Origin: Macrostomum lignano
Taxonomy: Eukaryota
DNA length: 64,000 nt
NCBI GenBank assembly: GCA_002269645.1
Contig: NIVC01000428.1
Coordinates: 124,001-188,000 of the forward strand
Direction: 5' to 3'
Part shown: piece by piece, positions 31,499-42,419 of the stretch
How positions within the stretch are numbered: position 1 is the first letter of the stretch
How the letters are laid out: each line of letters opens with the position of its first letter
The notes under the pieces: model-generated
Seen by the model: only the letters and a program-made list of their open reading frames with translations
What the model was told of the DNA's origin: nothing
The model's database searches: none
Made by a program: the position numbers and the translations under genes

Positions 31499-32285
31499 GG
31501 CTCATTCCATATAAGATGGACATATTTGGAAAATAGAAAAAAGTCAATATTTTTGCTTGCCATTGCCTAATTAGCCTATTTTTTTAACCAAATCTTTATA
31601 TTGTGCAATATATACAATCTAAGAATAAAGGAATGGTAAAATGTTGGATTAGTATGTTATCAATTGGCAAAAAGTCATTTTTGTAAAAATTTGGACATTT
31701 TTCGAAGCAAAAGACATCATTAAGATTTTGTACCTTTTAAAAACAAATAGAAAGCTTTTGAAGGTTGAAACAAACTATAGATAAAAGTATAGTACTTGCA
31801 TCATCAGATAAAGGCATTGGTGACCAAATAATCTATTATATTTTTAATGCATTAGTACCTCAAAGTTACTGAATTGACAGAAAAAAATATGTTACGACCA
31901 TAATGTTACAACCATAAGGCTGCCTTTTCTTTTGTATCTTTGTTGCCTTTTGAGTTTATATATTCTAATAAAAGAGTATGATTTCTAAAGATGTTCTTAG
32001 TCAAATTTTAAAAATGTATTGCAAAATATCAAAAATGAAAAATGTTATAAGACTTTTACCTTTTAGTTTCTATATGTCAAAAATCCTGTCGTTACGACCA
32101 TAAGTGTCATTTAAGGTTTAATAGCATCTATACTAATGATGATATCTATATGAAACTCTATAAATATATTCTAGACAAAATAATCTTTCATTTAAAATAT
32201 TGGTTTAGTATATTCTATTATTAGATTTCATTTTATAAGTAAAAATAACCTGTCATGTTACGACCATGCTTATATGGAATGAGCC
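31499..32285. mobile_element. Non-autonomous DNA transposon (787 bp) with perfect 17-bp TIR and 4-bp TSD
   Basis: GGCTCATTCCATATAAG at 31499-31515 and its exact reverse complement at 32269-32285; GACT on both flanks (31495-31498, 32286-32289). Confidence 0.85.
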
Positions 32286-34122
32286 GACTACTAATAAGAA
32301 CTATAGATTTGAGCTAAGATAAATGAAGACAAGGAGGAAGCCACCTAGCATCTGCCACTATCAAAGAAGGCTAGATTGCAAAGGAGGCTTCTTGGAAACC
32401 AACTGATGAGTAGGCCATTGCCCTTGCAGATCTTGTTAAGAATTGGAGATTTTGTTACTTTTGTTACTTAACAATACAAGAAAAGGAGAAATGAAAAAGC
32501 AAAAAAGTAGTGAAAAAGGGAAAAAGAGAGGGGAAGAAAGAAGAGAGAACAGAAAAGAGAATAGACGAGAGGAAAGAAGAGAGGAGAGGAAATAAGGGAT
32601 AGAAAAGAAGATATTTGCCCTTGGCCTTGCCTATGTGGTCCCTGCAGCTTGATAAAGCAGTAGCACTTCATATAGTGGCTTAGGGCAGTAGGCCTATATG
32701 ACCTATAATAGTGATAATCATAATAATTGGTTCTTTTGTGCAATCCTATTTCTCCCCTTACTCTCATGTACCATTGCAGCATTTTATAGCCAATCAGAGC
32801 ATGGCTGCTTAGCAGAGTTGTACATGATGCATATGATGGTCACATGATCCTCATGGCTAAAAATACATATATATGAATCAGCAGATTTTGACCTTAGATT
32901 TCCTCCAACTTTTGAGGGCATCTTTTTGACTTTTAGGAGTCATATTTTGGAGCCCTCAGACCTACAGAAAGCTCTAATACCCAAACATCTCCCAAACCTT
33001 TGCCATTGCTTCTTATTAAATGATTCCTAATTTAAATATAATGAAAAGGAACAAACTGCCAATAAGTATCCAAGAAAAAAATAGATGTAGTAATGCATAA
33101 AATATGCTTTAAATAAAAATGAATGGAAATTGTTGCAAGCACAAAAAGCTATAAGGGCGCTATATTCATTTATACTTTAACCACTTGTCTACAACTTGCC
33201 CTTATATGTTCTTAATCTTTACTCTTGTCCTGAAATGTATCTGGTTTATATTTGTTTCATTCGATTGCAACGAAGTATGATAATATGTATGATAAAAAAG
33301 TATGATAAAAATTTGTAAACATTAAATGAAAAATTGATAAATTAGTATTGTAAAATGGTATTAAGCACAATTGTGTCAAAGGTGGTGGTATTACTTAGAA
33401 TTGGCTTTGCATGTACCACAAAAGAATTATATTTCTTTTTGTCATGCACTTAAAAGCTGCAATGCTCATGCTAAGGCAGCAATGATGATACCACTCGTGT
33501 CACTTATTGCACTTGATAGGATCTTCATCATCAAAGTAAGCTGTATGGCAGTAACACAAAAGGTCAAATGACACTGAAAAAATAGTGCTTTGACAAACAC
33601 TGTGTGAAACAGTGATTGGAAAATGTTGCATTTGACCACCTTTGAGACAGCAATGTAGGTGCAGATGCAGCTGAGTGACTGAGAAATGGCATATTGTTGG
33701 GTCAATCTTGTGATGCTCTTGCTCAGCCTAGAATTGGATGCCAACTGGATGATCGCAGCTCATACACCACAAGATTGCTAGTTACATTTGACAGTATTTG
33801 ACATCATAAACAGCCCGAATGAAAAGTACTTCTGAAAATTCATGCCAGCTGATAAATATCAATACTTAATAACAAACATTTTTGGTTTTGAAAGCTGCTG
33901 AATTTTGGAATAAATTTATTTGCAATGTGAAAAATCCCTCTTTAGCAACTAATTTTACACACTGAAATGAACAGTAGCAAGGACAATATTCTTGTCTGAA
34001 CTTTTCAGATACCAACTCGTGAACTCAGCATTGAACTGAATGAAAGCTATAAGCCACTTGATATACATGTTTGCAAACTGCAATTAGTCTAATCATCATC
34101 AATTAATAAAGCGATTAGTGTC

Positions 34123-37100
34123 ATGGTGCTTGGTCGCGCCTGGCGTTTCATCAAACGGCACCGCGGCAAGCTGGCTCTTGGCGGAGCTCTGGTTGGCGGC
34201 GGCGCCTACCTGCTGCACTGGTGGTGGCTCAGCCGCTCGGGCGGTCGCCGGGGCGCCGGCCAGGGCGACGACGAGGTGACGGCGCTGCTGTCCGAGCTGG
34301 AACGGGCGCAGTTTCTCCGTTCCACTGGTCGGAACTGTACAACCACCGTTGCCGCCCTGTTGCCGGGCATCGCAGCTCAGTTGGATGCTGATTTTGGCGT
34401 TGAGCAGGTGTGTGTTGGGGATGGGAGCTCAGCAGTAACAGGTGTGTGTTGGGGATGGGAGCTCAGCAGCAGTACATGTAGGTGTGTGTTGGGGATGGAA
34501 CTCAGCAGGTGTGTGTTGGGGATGGAAGTTCAGCAGCAGCAGGTGTGTGTTGGGGATGGGAGCTCAGCAGCAGCAGGTGTGTGTTGGGGATGGGAGCTCA
34601 GCAGCAGCAGGTGTGTGTTGGGGATGGGAGCTCAGCAGCAGCAGGTGTGTGTTGGGGATGGGAGCTCAGCAGCAGCAGGTGTGTGTTGGGGATGGGAGCT
34701 CAGCAGCAGCAGGTGTGTGTTGGGGATGGGAGCTCAGCAGCAGCAGGTGTGTGTTGGGGATGGGAGCTCAGCAGCAGCAGGTGTGTGTTGGGGATGGGAG
34801 CTCAGCAGCAGCAGGTGTGTGTTGGGGCTGGGAGCTTAGGTGTATTTGTTGTTAATTAGTGTATAAGGTACAGTTATGTCAAGCCTGCAGGTAACAAAAT
34901 TACGTCACCCCCTCCTTTGTTCCTGCTGCGCAGATCACGGCAGAGCTGCGCGCCAAACCGGCGCCAGATCGGCGCGCCGAGCTCTGCGACCAATTGCGCG
35001 CCCGCGCATTCGCCCGATTATTGGCCAGCGTCTATGCGGCCTGCGGCTCTTTGCTGTGCGCCCATGTCCAGCTGCACCTACTGGCTGGCCTGCTCTGCCA
35101 GCAGAAGCGGGACGCCGCCGGCGCCGCTGTTAATGAGGACGGCGACGCGTCTGATGGTCGGAATCGGCGGCAGCACGAGATCAGCGAGGAGGTGACTCTA
35201 CACTCTACAGGAATTCTAGCACGCCTCAAATACGAATCCACGCCCTCAAAGTCGTTTCAGAGTCGTAGACTTTTGGGCAACTCTTTGATGACATTTTGGC
35301 GACTTTTACCATGACATCTCGTCGTTTGAGAGTCACTTCTGTGCTATTTTACCGGGAGCACGAGAATTTGCCGCGAGAGTTTTTTACAGTCGGAATTTCA
35401 ATTCTAATCCTATATAAACAATAGTCTATAGACAATGCTGGACTAGATTAGAACTAGACTAGACTAGACATTAACTAGACTAGACTAAACTATACATTAA
35501 CTAGACTAGATTAAAACTAGACTAGACTAGACATTAACTAGACTAGATTAGAACCAGACTAGACTAGACTAGACATTAACTAGACTAGATTAGAACTAGA
35601 CTAGACTAGACTAGACATTAACTAGACTAGACTAGAATAGGCATTAAATAGACTAGATTAGAACTAGACAAGACTAGATTTAAAATCCGACTCTATTTCA
35701 CTTAAAATTCCAACTGGGAAACCCCTGCAGGAAAATCTCGGCGGGAAAACTTCCTGCGGAAAATCCTCATAGACCTATTTTACCTGCGTTATCTGCAACG
35801 ATTCTGGGGAGCTTCTTGGCCTGAGTAACCGTCTTCATCGGGGATGGGGAGCTCAACCAACAAGCGGTCGCCATAGGTGCCGCCCAGATTATCGTCTCCC
35901 CCCCTCACGCCGCAGGTGAAGATCCGGTTCCTCGGCCTGCTGGACACCCGGTCGCACGTGTCCGACCTGGCCGGCCAGCTGGAGTCGCACTGCCTGGCCG
36001 AATGCGCCGGCCTGGATGTCCGAGAGAAATTCGGCCTCCGCCGGCTGGACTCCCTGCTGCACCGGCTCCGCGTGGGCTTCGAGGCCAAGCTGCAAGCGCC
36101 CGAGTCGGACGCGGCCGCCTCGCCGGCTCCAGCGGCCCGCCTGCTGCCCAGCCTGCGCGACAGCCTGATGGACAGCCAGCGCCAGCTGCAGCGAGAAGCC
36201 GGCGACGACGGTCGCGGCCTTCAACGGGACGACCTGCTGCTCCAGCGGCTCTGCTCGGAGGCCGACGCCCGGCTCCGTTCCGTGGAGGCCGGCCGGGTGC
36301 TCAAGCAGCTGCTGGACTCTGCCGGCATGGCTCTGCTGCGAGTGTTCACCGCGCACTATCAGGTGGGTGTAACAGAGAACGCCTGTCAGCCTGTATGTGA
36401 CCTCGTGCGCTTGTGTGTCGCATTTTTGAGTCTCTCTGGCCTGAAGTTGCAGATTTATTGAAATCCCAAAAATCCCAATAGTTATTAAACTATCGATACT
36501 TTAAATGAGCTATTGAATATTTCGTTCCTTTCGTTAATAAGTCTTCTTTTTTGTGTACTTTAACTAATCATATGCGTTAAAAGCAGATTTCTGTATTCTC
36601 GTTTCTGTTCTTGCCTCTGACACGAAACTGGCCTCATTTAATTAATTGATAAGATTATTTGTTCACTTGGCAGAATAGACTGGATAGTCGCTCAGTTTGA
36701 GCAAACTCTGTCCCAGGCCAGGAAAAACTTTTGGCCGCTTCGGGCTTTCTAATAAATTCAGTGCACGTTTCAACTGTGAAGAGCAAATGCTCACTTTTGC
36801 TTGATGGCATTCTTGTAGAGGGCGCGGCCACATTAATTTGTTATGAAGGCCAAACCCTTAACATGCCTGACAATGAATGAGAAAGTCTGGGTCGCTGTCA
36901 CGAGTGGATGAGCGTGACTGCTTGCTCCTGCAAATCATTGCAATGTTTGTAACTAAATAACTGACCACCCACCCCCCCCCCACTGAATCCAGGGCCTCAA
37001 TTCAGACGCGTCCCTGCACGAGCGGACCCTGCCTCTGTTGAAGGTGCTGCCGCTGATCAACTCCACCGCCGCCCTGCTGCTGTCCCGCCAATTCTTGGAC

Positions 37101-37193
37101 ACCTCCGGCCTGGCCGACAATGCCGGCCTGTTGCGCTTCTCTGCCGACCTGTTCGACTCGTTGGGCGGCAGTCCGAGTCGGGAAATGTCTTGA
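34123..37193 (+). CDS. PEX3: Peroxisomal biogenesis factor 3 (~396 aa)
   Basis: Exons 34123-34407, 34934-35191, 35916-36362, 36993-37193, all phase 0 GT-AG. N-terminal WRFIKRHRGK plus TM segment; NCTTTVAALLP (human RTCNMTVLSMLP); VQLHLLAGLL (VQLNIIGGYI); C-terminal LPLLKVLPLIN...FSADLFDSL (LPLAKIIPIVN...FAANVYEAF). Confidence 0.9.
34401..34835 (+). repeat. 34-bp minisatellite starting at the PEX3 exon-1 donor
   Basis: (GTGTGTGTTGGGGATGGGAGCTCAGCAGCAGCAG)n, about 12 copies. Confidence 0.92.
35440..35680 (+). repeat. Degenerate (ACTAG)n repeat in PEX3 intron 2
   Basis: Visible pentamer-based repeat. Confidence 0.85.
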
Positions 37194-37430
37194 CGCTTTC
37201 CTTTGGTTTTGCTGCCTGCAATTGAAGAAAACTGCGCTTAGTCACATTCTTAGTGTCTCCATTGGATGCTGATTTAGGCTTACTGATTTCTCTGTTAGAT
37301 TTCTATTAGAATTATAATACCCCTTAAAAGCGTATTAGATCTCTCTGTAAGGGCAATCGCTATATGATCCAATCTAAAGGTTAATCCAATATACTAAAAA
37401 TTCTAAGCTCTTTTTATCAAACTGACCGTA

Positions 37431-38606
37431 AAACAGAATCTGACAGTATCCAAGGGAAATCCCTACCAGAATCTGACAGTATCCAAGGGAAATCCCCTAC
37501 CAGAATCTGACCGTATCCGAAGGAAATCCTCTGATAGTATCCAAGGGAAATCCCCTACCAGAATCTGACCGTATCCGAAGGAAATCCTCTGACAGTATCC
37601 GAGGGAAATCCCCTACCAGAATCTGACAGTATCCAAGGGAAATCCCCTACCAGAATCTGACAGTATCCAAGGGAAATCCCCTACCAGAATCTGACAGAAT
37701 CCCAGGGAAATCCCCTACCAGAATCTGACCGTATCCGAAGGAAATCCCCTACCAGAATCTGACAGAATCCCAGGGAAATCCCCTACCAGAATCTGACAGA
37801 ATCCCAGGGAAATCCCCTACCAGAATCTGACCGTATCCGAAGGAAATCCCCTACCAGAATCTGACAGAATCCCAGGGAAATCCCCTACCAGAATCTAACA
37901 GTATCCCAGGGAAATCCCCTACCAGAATCTGACAGTATCCAAGGGAAATCCCCTACCAGAATCTGACAGTATCCAAGGGAAATCCCCTACCAGAATCTGA
38001 CAGAATCCAAGGGAAATCCCCTACCAGAATCTGACAGTATCCAAGGGAAATCCCCTACCAGAATCTGACAGTATCCAAGGGAAATCCCCTACCAGAATCT
38101 GACAGAATCCCAGGGAAATCCCCTACCAGAATCTGACAGTATCCAAGGGAAATCCCCTACCAGAATCTGACAGTATCCGAGGGAAATCCCCTACCAAAAT
38201 ATGACAGTATCCAAGGGAAATCCCCTACCAGAATCTGACAGAATCCCAGGGAAATCCCCTACCAGAATCTGACAGTATCCAAGGGAAATCCCCTACCAGA
38301 ATCTGACTGTATCCAAGGGAAATCCCCTACCAGAATCTGACAGAATCCCAGGGAAATCCCCTACCAGAATCTGACAGAATCCCAGGGAAATCCCCTACCA
38401 GAATCTGACAGAATCCCAGGGAAATCCCCTACCAGAATCTGACAGTATCCAAGGGAAAATCCTACAAGAATCTGACAGAATCCCAGGGAAATCCCCTACC
38501 AGAATCTGACAGTATCCAAGGGAAAATCCTACAAGAATCTGACAGAATCCCAGGGAAATCCCCTACCAGAATCTGACAGTATCCAAGGGAAAATCCTACC
38601 AGAATC
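37431..38606 (+). repeat. 34-bp tandem satellite, about 34 copies (CAGAATCTGACAGTATCCAAGGGAAATCCCCTAC)
   Basis: Head-to-tail units with no spacers, between PEX3 and PRMT5. Confidence 0.95.
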
Positions 38607-39352
38607 ATCCCTCACTTAGCTAAAGGCGGGATTTTTTCCTACAGTTACATGGGTAAATAATTTCTATAGTACTCACAGAGAGATGCAGAGCCGGGCGAAC
38701 TTTAATAGTTGTTTTTAATTCTAGATGTTTTCCCTGTTTTCACCGCCCGTCATCATGATTTTTGGAACTAAACAAGAAAATATAAACTGCTCTAATTTTC
38801 TCCAGATTCTACTCAGTTTCAATTGTTAACTTTAGTAGTATGCTGTGGATTAAGCGTTTTCCCATTTGCCTGATTTTAGTTGATTGCGTTTCAACTTCTG
38901 CTAAATTGTTTTAAGTTGAATCGATAAAGTTGTATTGATTTGTTGTTTCCTGCTGCTCTTGTCTGTTGTTTTTGATCGCTAAAGATGATCAAAGCATTGT
39001 TTATCAAAAATCGAAAATCCAGTCACTTTTTTCGTATATGCGAATAATTGATATTGTGTATGACAATTCTGCGATGCTATTCATAATTCAATATCTTAGT
39101 TACGATTATTACGAGCGTATATTCAATTGGCTAAAATCGTGTTAGTCTTTGTTGCTTGTTGCATTTCACAGCAAACAGAATTTCGGTGCAAACTCTCGGA
39201 TAATCTCCTTCTAAACTGTTAGATAATCTCCTTATCAACTGAAGGATAATCATCTCCTTATAGACTGCGAAATAATCTCCTTCTAGATTGTTAGATAATC
39301 TCCTTCTAGACTGTAGGATAGTCTCCTTAACAACTATAGGGTGATTTCCTTT

Positions 39353-40186
39353 TCAATCTCCTTATCAAGTGTAGGATAATCTCCATATCAATCTCCTTAT
39401 CAAGTGTAGGATAATATTCATATCAATCTCCTTATCAAGTGTAGGATAATCTCCATATCAATCTCCTTATCAAGTGTAGGATAATCTCCATATCAATCTC
39501 CTTATCAAGTGTAGGATAATCTCCATATCAATCTCCTTATCAAGTGTAGGATAATTTCCATATCAATCTCCTTATCAAGTGTAGGATAATATTCATATCA
39601 ATCTCCTTATCAAGTGTAGGATAATCTCCATATCAATCTCCTTATCAAGTGTAGGATAATATTCATATCAATCTCCTTATCAAGTGTAGGATAATCTCCA
39701 TATCAATCTCCTTATCAAGTGTAGGATAATCTCCATATCAATCTCCTTATCAAGTTAGGATAATCTCCATATCAATCTCCTTATCAAGTGTAGGATAATC
39801 TCCATATCAATCTCCTTATCAAGTGTAGGATAATCTCCATATCAATCTCCTTATCAAGTGTAGGATAATATTCATATCAATCTCCTTATCAAGTGTAGGA
39901 TAATCTCCATATCAAACTCCTTATCAAGTGTAGGATAATCTCCATATCAATCTCCTTATCAAGTGTAGGATAATTTCCATATCAATCTCCTCATCAAGTG
40001 TAGGATAATTTCCATATCAATCTCCTTATCAAGTGTAGGATAATATCCATATCAATCTCCTTATCAAGTGTAGGATAATCTCCATATCAATCTCCTTATC
40101 AAGTGTAGGATAATCTCCGTATCAATCTCCTTATCAAGTGTAGGATAATCTCCGTATCAATCTCCTTATCAAGTGTAGGATAATCC
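39353..40186 (+). repeat. 35-bp tandem satellite, about 24 copies (ATCAATCTCCTTATCAAGTGTAGGATAATCTCCAT)
   Basis: Head-to-tail units ending about 180 bp upstream of the PRMT5 ATG. Confidence 0.95.
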
Positions 40187-40363
40187 TTACACTAAAAATC
40201 TAATCTAATGTCCTCATAATCTCTGTGATACATTATGCGATGAAATTCAAGAGAATCAATGATTACTTTATTTAAAATAATTTATTAATCTCTTATCAAA
40301 TCACGTAACGCACTCTGGGCATTTCAGCCTGTCTTTCATTAGACTATTAGTCAGCTTTCCCAA

Positions 40364-42386
40364 ATGTCGTCATCGGAGAAACGGGACTGCAACGGTGCTG
40401 ACAAGGAGGAGCCGATAGGATCTGCTAGCGGCAGCGCCACCGCCGCCGCCGAAGCAGTCGCAGTGGAGCCTGCCAAAGAAGATTCTGCAGCCGATGCCGG
40501 GAAGAGCAGCGGCTACAGCGGAGGCAACAGAAGCAAACGAGGCAACTCCGGCCGCGCTCTGTGCGGCATCGACCTGGCGTTCTGCTCGGACCAGAAGGCC
40601 GGCATGCTGGAGGCGCACTCTTTAGGCTACGCGTTCGTCTGTCTGCCGCTCTTTCATCCGCGGAATGTCGTTCGGACCGGCGCCGATGTCGGTGGACACG
40701 CCGACCAAGAAGAGGAGGAAGGGCAGCGGCATCGTCAGCTCGACCAGCTGCGCCTGCTGCCGGCCACGCGGCCGGACCACCTGGTCATCGACTCGGAGGA
40801 CTGGACCCGCTTCGTTGTCGGCAAGATCTCGGCTTGGATTCGCTGCGACTCCAGCTGGGAGGCCGAGCGCCTGCAGTCCCTGGCCGCCCTGCGCCAGGAG
40901 CTCAGCTGGGCGGCGCACATCGGCCTGGTCGCCTGCCTCATCGACTTGCCCGACGGTGGCCGGGTGTCCAACCTGGCCAGGGCGCTGCTGGCCTTCCATC
41001 GGGCCGAGCGGAGCGCGCCGCTGATGTGGGTTCGCGTGCCGATGGCCGCTGAGCAAGTCGGAGACGACGGCGACATCGGCAACGGAGACGACGGCGACAT
41101 CGCTAGCAATGATCCGTGGCTGTGGTGGCACCGGCTGTGCAGGCTGTGCGACCTCATCCTCGGCCAGCTCGGCGTCGCCCTGGAGGTGACGGCCGACCTG
41201 CCTGGCCCGGCGGCTGTGCAGCGCTGGCTGGCCGAGCCAGTCAAAGCCCTGGTGCTGCCGACCTCGCTGTTCCTCACTAATCAGAGCGGCTACCCGGTGC
41301 TGTCCAAGGCGCACCAGGCTTTGCTGATGAAATTCTTCCGGTTGCAGCTGCAGGTAAGGGCCAGGGTACGTACCGGACTGACTTCCTGACAAATGAGTTC
41401 TTGTAATTGAAACTAGAAACCTATTGAATCCATATTGTAAAAGACTGTCCATGAAAAATTGCCACTTAAAACTATCCCTAGAGAATCGTCCCTTTGGATA
41501 GCAAATATTGTGCTTCGAAAATCGCCCTCCTTTCTTGTTGGGATTTCCTGGAAAATCGCCCTCGTATTATAATTTTCCTAGAAAATCGCCTTCTCATATA
41601 TGTTTTCCTGGAAAATCGCCTTCTTTTTCTCATTGTCCTTGGAAAATCGCCCTCTCTCATTAGAATTTGTCTAGAAAATGGCCCTCTTTTTCGTTAAGAT
41701 TTTCCTGGAAAATCGCCCTCTTTCTCATTAAGACTTTCCTAGAAAATCACCCTTTCTCATTAAGAATTTCCTGGAAAATCACCCTCTCTCATTAAGAATT
41801 TCCTGGAAAATGGCCCCTCCCCATCTCTAATCAAAATCGTCCCTGTGAAAATCGCCTTCTCGCTAATTCGACTTCAGGTGATCATCACTGGCAGCTGCCG
41901 TCATGAAAAAGGTATTGAGTACTATCAGCAGTACATCAACTGGCTGTACAGCCGCCGGTCCACGGATCTGTACACCAGCCAGGGCAAGGGTTACGAGGAC
42001 ACGCTGCAAGATCCGCTGCAGCCTTTGGCAGACAATTTGCACTCGGCAACTTATCAGGTGAGGCGTCTCTGTTGCTGCCGTCTCCTGTAGGATAGAAGCG
42101 CTGGTGATTTAAAAAACCCTTGCGATTTCTCAGCGATCTTGCAACTTTCAGCGCTTTGTTTAGCAGCCAGCATAACAGATGCGTAACTTGTCCCCCCTTT
42201 CTGTTCAGGTGTTCGAGATGGACCCGTACAAGTATCGCGCCTATCGCGAAGCGGTTCGTCAAGCTCTCGTCGAAATGGTGCCGGACTCCGAGGCCGAGAG
42301 CCGCCTGGTTACCATAGCTGTCCTTGGCGCCGGCCGGGGACCGCTGGTGCAGGTGAGGATGCGGCCCTGCGACTGGCGTGTCTGAC

Positions 42387-42419
<33 letters not shown>

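Noticed and set aside
33180-33900. piggyBac-like relic (TTAACCACTT start)
   Set aside because: No matching TIR/TTAA pair or transposase motif could be confirmed.
37431-40186. 34- and 35-bp repeat arrays as CRISPR arrays
   Set aside because: Units are head-to-tail with no unique spacers, there are no cas genes, and the context is eukaryotic.
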